DNA of 64,000 nt from the IMG/VR virus record IMGVR_UViG_3300028048_000131, one strand, 5' to 3'. The position numbers were made by a program, and so were the translations under genes. Below, piece by piece: positions 31,772 through 45,457 of this stretch (the stretch's first letter is position 1; each line of letters begins with the position of its first letter). A model generated the notes under the pieces. That model made no database searches and was not told the origin of the DNA. It was given only the letters and a program-made list of their open reading frames with translations. Source of the stretch: an uncultured virus (IMG/VR IMGVR_UViG_3300028048_000131). Taxonomy: Duplodnaviria; Heunggongvirae; Uroviricota; Caudoviricetes.

Positions 31772-32467
31772 TCAGCTGTCAGACAAGTCCTATAAGGAAC
31801 AATGCGGGAAACTGTCGGTGGTATTAATGTACATAATATAAATATCTGTATCTCCCCGCTTTACAGGCGCTTGTATAAGGATGCTCGAATCACTGCTGCT
31901 TAGTTGTAATTTAGCGCAAGAAAGGGCATTCACACTTGTTATATATGGCTAGGGCCATAGCTTGGATTCCGTATAATCCTATGCCCCCTGTCCCTATCTT
32001 CCTATGTTTACAACGGGCAGTCCCTTGTTATCTCTGGCAGAAAGATCTCCGGAGAGTCTTATATTCAGAAGCTAAGCAGACGGTACTTTATTGTAGTTTA
32101 CCTGAACAGTACCAATACCATCTTTTCCCTCTACAGGAAATGTATAACACTTTCTATGTAGAGGCCATTTACCGGAAAAATTGAAAGTCTCTTGCGGAGG
32201 TATATTCAAATGTACAAAGCCGAAAACTTTATCTGTATCTATAGTTATCCAGTTATTGCCTTGATAAACAGCAGCACCTAAGAAAGTAGAAGCTGTTTGG
32301 AAATTAGCACAAAAATAGTTCTACTTGCACATTATAGAACTCATATATGGTGTCTAGTTCGAGTCTTTTAATGCAAGTTTTATGTTGCCTATCAACCCTG
32401 CAGGAAAAGGAACTTCTTCCAGGAAAGGATAGGTTGTATGTGCATAATTGTTATTGTAGGTAATCAT
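31772..32467 (-). CDS. putative baseplate/tail protein (TAG-recoded)
   Basis: N-terminal TYPF motif; 231 aa ending TGA. Confidence 0.65.
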
Positions 32468-32469
32468 AG

Positions 32470-33711
32470 TCAATTAGAAATAGATTGTGAATCCGATTCC
32501 TGCGGATATTTGCTATAAGCTGTATAGTAGTAAAAATCCTCGTGCAGAACAGCAGAGTCTCCTTCTGTTCCTGTGTTCCACTATATCTAGATCTACCACA
32601 CGTTCTTTTCAGTTTGTAATGCCTAATCGATAGTAGTAGCGTACGGACGAAGAGCCACCCACTAGCGAAGTTGAGGTAAGAGACAAAAAGTTTCTGAATA
32701 AGTTCCATCTGGGGTATATATCACAGGAAGTACTTTTAAAGACGCAGACATAAAAGTGGGTGCTGTTCTGTCCAGGCTGAAAGTGAATCGCGCCTAAAAG
32801 CCTATACCGGAAGAATTAGAAGAATCCTTAGTCACCTGCAGAGAAACATCATCATATCTAAGGTCAGCCGTCCCTGTATCTCTTCCATACTATATATAAG
32901 TATTCTAGGTCACTTTATTTATATACAGCCCCATACCCAGATTCCCTTCTTCCAAGTAAGGTACTGTTTGTCCGGACTTTAATCGCACCCTTATAGAAAG
33001 GACCGGAGAGAGTGCGTCAGAGCTTCCACATGTATCCTAGCTTCTTTTAGTCTGGATTATAAAGCCTGAGTAATCCTACGGGGCTTGTATTATTTCCGTT
33101 TTACTTGCTCTGGTTCTAACTAAATAGTTCCACATCGCCACAGCTGACTTATATTGATAAAGCAGCTTGATAGCGTTCCCAAATTCAGCGGATCTATCTG
33201 CCGTCTTGGGTATCAGTTTACAGGAGCTGGCTTGTTGTGTTTTCTTTGCCAGCATTCCGTCCCAGAGACGACTGGCGGCAGGTTCATAATACAGGTTACA
33301 GTCTTTAAGTCCGTTTATCCAAATAGAACACCCCTATATATCCTATTGCAGCTGTGCAAGCTCTCTGCATGTACCACAGGCATAACATCCGTCGAAGATA
33401 ACCAAGGAGTTGCTACCTACTTGAATATCAGATAATTGATCGTTTCCCTAAGAACCATCTATAACAGATGTACACAGGCTTCCCAGTAACAGAAAGTTTC
33501 CGTCCCAGTCTGAAGGAGGAATATTATTTATAGTTCTTACATTTCCAGTCTAGGCAGCAGAAGGCAACCTATCCAAGATCTGCTTGGACAGCGAAAAGCT
33601 TATACTGTTTTGTTCTGCCAGTATACTAAAGCTTTCACTACTGTCTGAAACAGACTGGAATACCACCTTCCCTGTAAGAGGCTATCCATTGCATATAAGT
33701 TTTGTCAGCAT
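32470..33711 (-). CDS. putative baseplate/tail protein (TAG-recoded)
   Basis: VRTINNIPP..DGNF and C..C..C motifs; 413 aa ending TGA. Confidence 0.65.
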
Positions 33712-34653
33712 TCAACTTCTCTGGCTCATTAACGTGGAAAGATTTGCCTGCATGTAGTTCACTACATTAGACATATTGATCCAGTAATCCCGGAATGTCT
33801 TATGCTATTCCTACAGTATCTTTACAGATGTGTTCAGTCCCTATAAGGCAGTCTAGGAGTTACAACATGGCTTTGCACAGGGATTGCTTATTGTAATACC
33901 ATTGGCTATAGGATTTATCTAGACACAATCAACGGGAGAGATACTTATATTTCCACTGGCATCAGGCTAAACACCGTTTATAGTTTTAATTGCTCTTCCT
34001 GCGTTAGCTGCTTCATATTCAGCAATGTTATCTCTCCAGATACTTTCCAGATAGTTTTTATCTACGGAAAAAACTACTCTAGAACCATCTCTGACTTCTA
34101 CCTGTACACCCTCCGCGGCCTCCAGTGTAACAACACCAGTGAGATACTTATCATTGACTACCAGTGCCTATACACTCTATCCGTTCATAAAGTGTATACA
34201 CATAGCATGAAGTTGCGCTCCGGATATATTGAATGTAAGAGATCCTCCAGAATAATCAGCTGTAACTCCTGCACAGAGATTTCCCGTTATAGCGTTCATC
34301 CAAGGATATAGCTATAAAGTCTCTTGGCTCTGTTCTATGGGGACTATCAAATATGTGCGCTATGCAATAGTAGAGGTTGCTCCCAGCGCCTTTGAGATAC
34401 CTGTACAGAGCGCACACTCTATTCCGGAGTAAGATATGATTATATTGTATGTGCTTCCCAGATCCTGTAAGGAAGAGATATAGAACTGTCCGGCAAGGTT
34501 GTCACTGTACTTGGCCGGAATCAGCAGTTGTATATCCAATAAGAAAGACTGTGGGAGCGCATTTCCAGTCAAAGACAGGCCTGTTGCCTCGTCAGCGAGA
34601 GGGTAGCTTTGTGCTGCTCTAAAAGAGATCCAATCTAGATCCGTCATAAACAC
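33712..34653 (-). CDS. putative baseplate/tail protein (TAG-recoded)
   Basis: SYPL N-terminal motif, TINGV*PDASGNI repeat; ends TGA adjacent to the next ATG. Confidence 0.65.
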
Positions 34654-34661
34654 CCAACCTG

Positions 34662-35993
34662 TTATGCGATATAGTTAGGATTGAAACGCAGATACTCCTA
34701 CAGAATCTCTACGATCTGCTCTCTAGTAACAGGGCTGGCAGCCGAAGAGTCGGAGGTCTCTTCTATATCCAGTTTAAATCCGGCTTGATGTACATACATG
34801 TCCAACATAGGACTGCTGGCAGTGACTTTTGCCACCAGAACGCCGTTAGTAGATATTGTAATAGGAATGCCCGTGCTGCTCTATGTATATCTGAGCTTTG
34901 TTGTGCTTGTATTGGAGGCATCCAAAACTACACTGCCGATATTACAGGAAGCTATCTATGTAGATACAGAAGAATAGGGGATCCAATAAACCTAGATGTT
35001 GTATCTTCCTATACCCTATCCTCTGGTGGTCATCCACACTTTAACTTTTCCCTAAAATCCCGTGCTTGAAATAAAATCCACCGGAAGTGTCATGACCATA
35101 GAAGCCTGCTTACCCCTGGGAAATACTGTATAAGTTAGGAGTGTATCTGCCACTCTTTGTGCGCCGTTCAAAGTAAAATCTGAAGCTGATAAAGGTTTAT
35201 TTATAAGGCTGTCCAGAGAAATGCTCCAAACACCAGATCCCTTATAAACCGCTTTGGCTCCTGCTCCAGATATAAGACTTGCCACAATAGGGGTCTTAAC
35301 GATTTGCTTATCCTACAGAGAAGCTATAGCAAAGCCTGCGACTTGCGGTTCCGCATAAGTATATGGAATCTATTCTATGTTTACTGCGCCATTTGAATTG
35401 CTTCCAACATCCAGTGATCCACTGTTTATTTTCCTTACAACAGGTTCCCCATCTCCGATATGGGCACACTGTCCGGACAGCATGGAAAACTTTCCATTTC
35501 CGTAATAGCTTATAACCGGTAGCCGAACATCCCAGCCCGGAGTTTTTGTAGCTTTGCCCTCCTCTGTAGTAGACAGATAATAGATACCGGCTTCCGCTCC
35601 CTATCCTATAGCACCGGTAATTACAGCACTTTCATAGTAGCCGCTTCTCAGCATTGTAGCAGAATAGTCAGTAGTATCTACAGACAGAATGATACCCTAT
35701 GCCTTGCAGGAATCCAGCTAAAGTGCCTGCCCTGAAGATCCTTGTTGATGAGCTAATCCCGCCAGGGCTTTCTAATACTTGGCAGACGCTGTATTGTAGT
35801 AAACTATGCTGCCAGGAGTTACGGAGCTGTCTACAGGCACCTGCCACTGGATAATGGCATCTTTCTGGCTAAAGTCTTGTATACACTGAGATAACTGATT
35901 CAGTGCATTTTCGATATACGACAAGGGGGTGTTAAAAGTAGCGGCTGTCGCAGGGCCGTTTGAAATCTTAGGAATCGTAAATGTTTCTGCCAT
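34662..35993 (-). CDS. putative baseplate/tail fibre-associated protein (TAG-recoded)
   Basis: ORFs 35772..35993 and 35052..35285 share a frame; ends TAA. Confidence 0.65.
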
Positions 35994-36004
35994 GTGTCAA
36001 CCTC

Positions 36005-37348
36005 TTACTCAATGAAATCTCCATAACGCTATCTATAACTAGTTCCGTTATTTACAGATCTGTTATAATATACCATTATCTACTGCTGCGTATTTATATC
36101 CGGATAAAGTAAAACAGGTCCGGTCGAACTGTATCGATAAGCAACAACTATAGTACCGACAGCACTGTTATCCACTATAAATTTAATCGCAAGCAGTATG
36201 TCCTTCTAATTAGCAGGAGGGGTCATAATAAGTACTCCAGAGGCCCCCCATACAGTCTAGAAAATATATTTAGCCGGATTAAGACTGGCAGGTAGTGTGG
36301 CGTAAGGTACTTTATTATTTGCAGCTCTCTATAAACATAACTGCTTATAAGGCAAGCTGAAGTTACCGCCAGGGGAGTTTCTTAAAGGCAGTATATTGTT
36401 AACGATATTGTAGTTACTGTTATCAGCAAACAATATGCCCACATCAGTAAGTACATGCAGCCCAGGAACCTAAGCGGGGAAGCCTGTAATATTTGTATAT
36501 ATTGCAGGGTAGCGCAGGCCGAGCGAGTCCGAGCAATCCCCTGAAAACAGCTTTGTATCCTACTCTACAAATGCGTGGTTCTTGACCAGGAGCTTTCCTT
36601 TGCCTTTAAATGTTTTATCTCCTATTTTTATCTAAGAACCCTGAGTGGAGGCTATTCCACTAACAGTAGAGTATGTACAGCCTGCCACTGCTCCTATAAG
36701 CCGCTTTACATCTCTTTCATTAGCTCCGTTTTGCTTTATGCTCCAAGCTGCCTATACGGCTCCCGGATATTTCCATAACCATTCCTTAGGCAGCTCTAAA
36801 ATACCTGTAAAGCGATCCATACAGGAAGCGAAGTGTCTGTAAACGCCCCATAACTCATAACATTCTACCAGCTGTCCTTTAACAATAGCGAGCGTTGTGG
36901 TAAGTCCCTGTTGTGACAATGGAATATTAAACTCTATAACATCCCTGTCAGGATAATATACAAAATCTTTTCCCTCCAACAGCTTCTTACTCTATTTCGA
37001 TACGCCAAATTGAAACCACTAAGGAGTCTAAAAATTCATTAAGGTTGTGTAAGCAACAAGAGAGTCCGACTGCCCTATAGAATCTGAACCGCCTATATAC
37101 AGATCAGCTATTTTTATTGTACCTGTATCGGCTTGTCCTGCAACCAGAATTCTTACAAAGCTATACTCTTCGGGCTAAAGCAGGGATTGACACAATATCT
37201 GGTCATTTATAGCCTATAACCTGGCTGTAAGATTCTTTCCAACTAAAAATGAAAAGAAATTTATAATAGTCTATATCAGCCACGAGTCTCTCCAGACACT
37301 CATCCAGAAGAAACCCAATATAGCTTTTATTTCTTTACTCCAGTTCAA
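36005..37348 (-). CDS. putative baseplate wedge protein (TAG-recoded)
   Basis: TTG start overlapping upstream TGA; contains ORF 36752..36979; follows the baseplate J-like gene. Confidence 0.6.
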
Positions 37349-38892
37349 GAAATCACCTATAATGTAATAAATTCAGCTGTTGTAGAGAAGAAATAAGCTT
37401 GTGCTGCCCAGAGGTAGCTCTACTTACGGAAAAGAAGGTTAGCCACTCCGTCTGTAGTATTAAAGGTATAGGACCCTCCGTTGGTCATCGGAAGTTCTAC
37501 TGAAAGTATATAAGGAAGTCTTAACCGTATTCCAGGATAGACACTCTACAGCTGCTCTGCGATCTAGTCCATGTTAAGGTTATAGTCGCCTGCTAGCTTA
37601 GAGTTTATTTTATCTGTTATAAACTGTCTTATCTAAGTTAATTCAGTTTCAGTAGGCTATGCTGTAACATGCAGCTGGCACTTTACTTTTACAGTAGCAG
37701 GGACAGATGCCTTTACCAAACAAGACTGTCCGAGATATCTGCCATAAGAGCTGTCCATATAATCCTGCAGGGCTTTTATATCAGGCATAAACTACAAGGT
37801 AACAAGCACAGGATCCGCGGAAACCAGCGAATCAAAAACAATTCTTATTTGCTGATAGCTGGTATTTCTGGCTCCTATATCTGACACGGAGGGCTAAGAT
37901 GATTCATAGTAAACAGTGTACCTGCCTATTGAGGTATCCTATCCTTGCCTTACAACAGTGAGTACCCTGCAAGCGCCCGCTACAGTTGGATAATCCGCCG
38001 GAGTTAAACAAATATAGTATTTATTGTTCTCCCCCAGGGCTGGCTATATAAGGAGCTGTGTTACAGAGTTCTGGTTGGCTGTTTTCACGTAAACATCTAC
38101 AGCCCCTCCAGAAGGGAGTGCCAGATTGTTGTATCTGTCTCTGAAGCACCCAGGTTGCGCCGAACCAGAAGCATTGCAGCTTATTACATTCACAGGAGCA
38201 TCCTGCATCTTTGTTCTTATTGCCTGCAACGTGCCTATGGCAGAGCCGCACCTTTGTTTACATCGGACCATCATCTAAGCATCTGTCTAGGTACTTGATC
38301 CTCCAGTAATGGGAGACAGCAGCTCTGCAGACTGCGCACCAGGAATGTAAGAACCGATGGTCACCTACGTTCCAGCAGGTATCTACAAAGTCCCCGGCTA
38401 GACAGCTACAACAGGAACATTTACCTTATAGCTGTCTCCTATTTGAAAAGTTTTTATATAACCAAGAGTATCCGTATCTTCTCCAGGAGCTAAAGTGGCT
38501 ATATAGGTTTTTGCTGCGGCAAAGGAGTGTCCGTCTACAACAAACCCAGCTCCATTGTTTATTCTGGTCTAGGATATATTGCAAGTCAAAGTAACTATTC
38601 CCGTTGCGTAGTCTCCTTGTTTTCTCTGCACAAAATAGTTGCTGGCAACCAGATCTGCTGTAGAATTGGAGGTCTATGAAGATTGTGATAAGTAAGCAAC
38701 AGAAGTTCTCCGCAGCCAGTTAGAAACATATTCATCTATTTTTGCATATAGATAAGCGTAAGGACGGATAAGCAGCTCTCTTACAACAGATCCTTTTTTA
38801 GTATCTATCTACTGGGAGTAATCCAGCATAAGGTTGGTAAGTGCTTCCTACGCCTGTGTAAACTTGTCCTGTGTAGGCCCGTTTAAAGTCAT
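37345..38892 (-). CDS. baseplate J-like protein (TAG-recoded)
   Basis: IDTKKGSVVRELLIRP, ASNYFVQRKQGDYATGIV, GGAVDVYVK; 515 aa. Confidence 0.75.
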
Positions 38893-39251
38893 GTCAGCGC
38901 TCCTGTATACGATACCCCGTCTACAAGTGTCAGGGTAATAGTTAAATGTCCATCAACCGCATTAGCCTATAGAGATTTTATTTTCTAAGCATCTTCTTGT
39001 GCCAGTTGGTTTTTTACTTGTCCGCAGGCGAGTGTCCCTAAAGATATAAGTATCTAATCCTGAGGCGTATTAGATCCCTACAGAAGCTTTATCAAAGGCG
39101 CTCCTGCAGATACCCTATAAGGAGCAGTATCTGAGCTCAGTATAAGAACAAGGATTTTTTGATAAATACTCAGCCCCTCTGAATAAGTTTTGCCCAACAC
39201 AGAGGGTGAGATTGCTTGTGTCTTAGGTTCTGTAATAAGCATGTCCTTCAT
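38889..39251 (-). CDS. gp25-like baseplate protein (TAG-recoded)
   Basis: 120 aa, GLSIYQKILVLILS, directly upstream of the J-like gene. Confidence 0.55.
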
Positions 39252-39649
39252 ATATAGGCCTTTCCCAGCTCCTTGTTGGCATACGCTTTATACAGCTGCT
39301 CCTGCATTGCTCCCAGCAGACGTGACTATCTGCTTTGCTGCGTGTAAATAATATCTCTATATATCCTTAAATTCTAAAATAGCGAACCTCCCATACGGGC
39401 GATTTTAGCAGCATCTTTATTCTTAGCTGCGTTTTGCTGTCCAAGATACTTGTTTATAGCCTACGTGAATAGTTTGTCCGCCTATGTAATATAAAGGTCC
39501 TGTAAAGACTAGTAAGAAGTGGTCTTTTCTGCCAAAAAAGACTATGTATTCTGTTTTATTATATCAAACAGCTATGAGACTATCTTCTAGTTCATAGCTT
39601 TTCTTAACAGTCCGTTACTCTGCTAAATACTTATCAAGTCTTTATTCAT
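39248..39649 (-). CDS. hypothetical protein (TAG-recoded)
   Basis: TAATG and ATGA overlaps at both ends; 133 aa. Confidence 0.65.
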
Positions 39650-40425
39650 TACAGCAACCCCCTGACTTGTCCAAGCATCTACTGTATCTTAGCTTTTCTT
39701 TGAGATACAGCACCGGCGCTTAAATGAAGCTTAGCAGCTATTTCATTGTTGGAAAGAGTCTTTTTACCAAACCCGGAAGACCACTACATTATCTTTTGAT
39801 CTACAGGAGAAACAGAATCATACACGTAGTCGTAATAATCTTTATCGCTTATGCCGGAGTCCCCCATTCTCTACGCACCAGTTTCAGGATCATTAGTAGC
39901 GCTTTGGCTTACGGTATAAATGGAGTTGTCACGGAGTTTCTCCAGTTTTTTTCTGGACAGTCCTGTGTAGTCACTCAGCTACTGATCAGAAGGTTCTCTT
40001 CCCAGCTTCTCCTACAGGTCCGCTGTTTTCCTGTCCAGCATCTGTTTAATATATACTTGTGACTAAGGTATATGAATTGGATTCTAACGCTCTCTGCGAA
40101 TGCGGTTCAATCTTTGCAACCCTGTAAATACATATGTAGTCGGAGATGTGTTTTTAGTCCTGTCAAAACCTTTCAAAGTTTCCAGCGCAAGCGAAGTTGC
40201 TTTTAAACGGAAGGAGGCTTCCTGTCCCGGTACATATGAATGCAAAGCGCTCTATATAGTAGGCTTAAGATACTATAGGACTTTTTGGGTGTTCTATGGA
40301 GTATTGTTCTTCTGCCACAAAGAAACTACATCATCTTGCTGTACAGCAGGCTGCTGCTTTACAATAATAGTTTTGGCGTCTCTCTTAGGGAGATCTCCTT
40401 TTATAGCATCAAAAATACTGGGCAT
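39649..40425 (-). CDS. sigma70-family RNA polymerase sigma factor-like protein (10 in-frame TAG)
   Basis: GFDRTK...TYVFTGLQRL, IHIP*, L*EKLGREPSDQ*LSDYTGLS (region 3), SNNEIAAKLHLSAGAVSQRKAK (region 4 HTH); 258 aa. Confidence 0.75.
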
Positions 40426-40427
40426 AA

Positions 40428-42083
40428 TCAACTCCGCTTATATATAAAGCCCTTATCGTTATCTTTACCTGCAAACAAATCTTTCCCTGGCGCATCCTTT
40501 GCAGTTACACCTGATAGAGTACAACTTAGGCTGATGACGGATTTGGCTGTAGGGGTTGTTGCTGCCTGAAAAGCATATCTGACACCCTGCAGTCTGCCAT
40601 AAAAATCATAACCGGACTTACCCAGTTGCGCTGCCTATACCGGCATCTAAAATTCAAGGCTCTACCCTATATACTTATCTAAATTAAGTGTATTATCGTT
40701 AACAGCCAGAGATATTTCCGCGTTTCTATCCAGCATGTAAGTATGGAAGAAAATAGTTTTTGCAAATGCATTGAGGGTCTATAAGTACTTTTTAAAGTCG
40801 ATATTTCGTCTCTAACTCTGTTTTTTATTCTCTTTAACTTTATTCAGGGGCTGGTTTTTCAGTTCTGTTTTCTTGTTCTAGGTTTTATTCTAACCTTGAG
40901 TATCGCTTTCCTGAAGTGTATTTAACAGCCAATCCGGCACATCCAATACTTTAAGTCTATATGGAGGCTTCGCGCCGGTGGTGAGTGCATACTTGCCGAA
41001 AGCCTGACTAAAGGTGTTTCTGTCTTCGGCCTTCTAATAGGCTATACGCAACTTGCTTCTGGTATATATAAGATTAGGTGTTCTTATATGATCCAAAGCA
41101 TTACTGCTTACAGTGCAGGCGAGCATATTTTCAGGAGTAAGCTTAAATTCCTTATTGACCGGTTGTATATAAGCAGGGATTATATTTAAAAAATCCTCTC
41201 CGGAGGCAATGGAAGACGGTGAAAATGTTAAGTATCTGCCGTTTCCTTCTATACTGCTTGTTATAGCATCCAAGATAGTAGTGCTCCAGAAGCCGTTTAT
41301 CAGGTCACCTATGAGTCCCTACACATAAGGATGTATGCCGCCCACCACAGCATTTGCCAGAGTATCAGCCAGCTTTAAATTACATTTAAAATAACCATTC
41401 TCTTTAAGGTCAGGTGCTTCTCCCAGCTACTCTATTTTTTCTTTTTTAAAGTTGGTCTTTTGCCATGCATGTAAACTTTTAAGCGCTTTATCCAACATCT
41501 CAAGAATGTTGTCTTCAGTCTTAATACTAAATTCGCTGTGTTGTATAATATCTGGTATAGAGGGCCGCTGAGACGCAGCATAAAGAGCCTAGTTTATGCC
41601 ACCCTTTTTAAACACACCCATGGACTATAAATAAGCAATATCAGAAGCAAACTGATGTGGGACATAAATAAAATCTGTAAAGGGCTGATATAAAAGCTAA
41701 CAGGCCTTTCCCATGCAGTAGCACTGCATACCGGCGTTGACACCCTATGCTGCTCTCAGTGTAGGCGTTACCTCGCAAACCTTTCCTAGAAACCATACAC
41801 GCTGCCCGCTTTTACGATACTAAATCAGTTTTACATCAGAGAGCTTTCCTACACCCTAATTTTTCTGGCTGTTATCAAATAACGTCTTAATGCTGCCCAA
41901 TTGCTGTGGATAGGAGGATGCATTATAATTGATAGCCTGCGTCATATCGCATACATCCGCCGTCAGGCTGGTTATCATACCTATCCCTTTAGACAGCTAA
42001 AACGATGTTACAGCGTAGTTATCCTTATTATCTACGCACAGTATAAAGGCACCTATATCGTAAGCAACTATTTTTTCACTCAT
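40428..42083 (-). CDS. putative baseplate hub protein (TAG-recoded)
   Basis: 551-aa frame containing ORF 41034..41273; function from position only. Confidence 0.55.
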
Positions 42084-42532
42084 TTTTGCCGGGTACCGAA
42101 TATAGTTAAAGAGACGGTGAGTATTCCAGGTATATTGCTGGACTATTGTGAGAGTGCGACAATAGTTCCTTTATATGCCTATTTACCAATGGTTATATCA
42201 AGGAGCTTGGACTATGTTCCTGTAGAGGAGGCTTTTATAGTATTATAAAGCTAAGCAATAGACTTGATATTATCCTTATTTGTACAAGGTGTGTATAGAC
42301 TGCGAAGCCCCGATAAACTTATTACAACTGGAAGGTCCTAAAAAGTTACCAGATTAAAGTTGCCTGAGAGCGTTTTTGCCAAGCTGAAGTCCACCTGCTC
42401 GGTAATTTTGATTCCGATTACAGGTGCCTAAGCAAAAGTAGTTCCTACAGCAGGATTTGTTATGGTTATACATTTATACCCAAGCTGTACATCGGAGAAC
42501 ACCATACTCGGTTTCTAAAAAAGTTTTGTCAT
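42080..42532 (-). CDS. putative tail tube initiator-like protein (TAG-recoded)
   Basis: 150 aa directly after the tape measure, ATGA overlaps. Confidence 0.5.
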
Positions 42533-45132
42533 TTGCCTCCTCCTTTGTCAGAACCAATACCAGTGCTCTGGTTCTTGGGTTTGAAATCTTTCTAGAAGAA
42601 TCTTATCAGTCTCTAGAATAATGTGACCAAAGTTCTCTGGAAGTCCGCGGTTGTTCCGTAACCGGAGGAAGTTGCTCTATAGGCGCTTCTGAAGTCTTCA
42701 TAACTAAGAGCGTTTGGTCCGGCCTGCTTCTTGTACTCCTATTCAGAAAGTTTGTAAAGTTCCTAGGCTTTTTGACCTTTTTGACCTTCTATAGCCTCTT
42801 TTAGCCACTTGCGCTGCTTCTCGTTGGCCTATACACCGAGTCCCTACCAGTCTAACTTAGAGAAGCTCTAAAGTCTACGCGCCCTCGATACCTAGGTTTT
42901 CAGTTTCTCTGAAGCACCCGTTTTATCTTTATTTTTACCATACTCTTTAAGCGCGTCCGTTAGCTTCTGCTTTGCTTCGGCGTTCTTAAACTAAGTCTTT
43001 CCAAGAACTCCGGTACGGCGTGCCTAAATATAACCAATATCTTCATCGCTTCCATTTCCAGAAGCAACTTTTTGTATACTATCAATAAGTTTTTTATCCT
43101 TGCTTCCTTCATCACTACTCGCCATAGCAAGAATATTCTAGGTATTTTCTTTGAACTTAGCGCGGAGATTTCCTATTCTCTCCGCAGCTCCTTTAGCGAC
43201 AGCAGTCTAGGTAACACCCAAAACGGCTCTTGCCTGGGCTTCAAAAGCTTTATCAGAGATACTTCGACCGTTTACTTTCACTTCCTTAAGATTAACACCT
43301 GCCGGACCAGATGCTGCCTGAGAAACCGCTCTCCAGAAAGATAGAAAAGCTCCTGTTCCTCCGCTATCCAAGTTTTGATTCTCATCACGAATCTCGTTCT
43401 GACTGTTCCTAAACGCTTGTTGCTATAGACTGGTTGCCCAGCGGGTACCGGATTGATTCATCCCTCCGCTATTAATGAAGAATTGCAACGCTCTTTCATC
43501 CAGGTTATTTTTCTTTGCAAAGGCTTTAACGACATCCGCATCACCGCTATTTGTTAACAAAGCCTTTATCTAGCTGGCTTTTTTCTAATTAGAAAATACT
43601 GCATATAGTGGACTCCAGGCCTACATGGAGATACCCATGGCCTATCCTCTCTGAGCAAGACCTGCAATAGATGAGCGTAACCGGGAACGATACTGCTACT
43701 CAACACCAAGCTATGCCAGTCTACCAGACTGCAGGGCTTCTCTATAACCTTGTGTAGTAAGTCCTCGCATAAGAGACTGCGTGCTTCCTCCAGCCCTTCC
43801 TGTAGCAGCCATTACTATAGCCTCGGTAGTATTCATGCCTTTCTATGCACGCAGCTGCCGGATATACTTCATATAATCATCTACGGTTTTATCTTCATTA
43901 CGCTACTTCCACAGGCCATACCCCATAGCAGCCATATCTATACCTGTAGATGCTTGTGCAGATGCGATAGACCTCGCCGTACTTCCGGCGTACTAGACAG
44001 CAGATACTCCGGCAGGTGTGTTTCCCTGTGCCAGCAGAGCAGAATAATATCCTCCTGTCCAATTGGCACCTACACGAGAAAAAGTGTTGCCGCCAAGCGC
44101 TGCAGATTGGGTGAATATCTTTTGTCCTGCTGCGGCTATCTGTGCTACTGTAGCTCCTGAATAACGAGCCATGTCTGCAGTACTTGTAGCAATAGATTTT
44201 ATCAACGAAGGAGATAGCTGGTTGATATTTTGTCCTGAGACCGACTGAATCATATCGGTCATAGCCTTTATGTCTTCCCCGAAGATATCCTTAAGAGGAG
44301 CTAAGGCTTGTGTGGTCTACTGGACTTTTTTCTGGAAACGAGTAATAGATTCCTTGATATTTGTAGGATCAAATACCTAGGAGGCATTAGCCATAATACT
44401 AGCAAGCTAGGATACAGAAGCGCCGCTGAAACCTCCATAGGACTCGCCGGAGCCTTGTCCAAGCTGCCAACGGTTAGCCGCTTTAGCCATATCTACTACA
44501 CTAGTGCCGATAAGCTCTGCATTCTTTTTCTGGGAGAAAATATTTCTTGGCTACTTTCTCTGCTGATAGTATAAATATCCAGCCTGAGTGTCTTTAACTC
44601 CCTGCATAATACGCTAATTCTTAGCTGGGTCAAAGGCAAACTGAAGCGCAGCTGGAATAGATATAGCATTTTCCGTAGCTCTCTTTACCTAGGCCTGTAG
44701 CTCTGCCTAGGAAGTGGTTTCCGGCATTGTAAGCTTATAGTAATTCCTATAGAACTACTCTCTAAGCTCTTTCTAGCCCTGCTCTCTGCTGCTCTATAAA
44801 GCTCTTTGCAGTTGTCTGCGCTGCATTATTTGACTGGCATTGGCATAGGTACCTGAGCTTGGAGACAAAAAGCCTGAAAGAGTATTATGCAGTGTACCAG
44901 TCTTATTGAAATCCCTGCCTACAAGATAATCCGAAGCAAAGCTGCCCACAATAGGCCCAAAGAAAGGGCCCAGCAAAGAGGTTGTCGCGGAGTTTATTTG
45001 TCCTCTAGCCTGCTATATGAGTGTGACAGGGCCCTATTGAATACTCCCATAGGACATCCAGGGCTGCCTGTTAGGCCCTCCCCTGAGACCCGTAAGCATG
45101 GAGATTAACTGGAAAACATCAGCTTCATTCAT
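42529..45132 (-). CDS. tape measure protein (TAG-recoded)
   Basis: 867-aa Ala/Gly/Gln-rich helical frame containing ORFs 44794..44976 and 43993..44262; follows frameshifted chaperone. Confidence 0.7.
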
Positions 45133-45457
45133 TTATAGATTCCTTACTCTCCTATACGGGCTGTTCCTAAAAGGCTTTCAATGCTTGTTCATAAAGAGCC
45201 TGTGCGTCCAGTTTCCGCACCTATGGCTAAGCACCCAGTAACACACTATTGATATTTTTAATATTATCTGCCTATTTCTTATTAAAGGGACGCAGATTTA
45301 TGGAGCGCTAGATATAATTACTCTAAGTAACATCCAGCAGCAGCTGAAAGGCCTGGAAGTTACTTAAAGAGGGCTGTCTTGCGTATCTTTGTATTATTCT
45401 ATAGGTATCGTTCTGCTGGGCAGCTACGATCAGTCTTGAACGATACCCTCGAAAAAA
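45125..45457 (-). CDS. tail assembly chaperone, -1 frameshift extension (TAG-recoded)
   Basis: T TTT TTC slippery heptamer at 45457-45451; the -1 frame FRGYRSRLIV...ESKESINE stays open to TGA 45125, overlapping the tape measure start. Confidence 0.7.
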
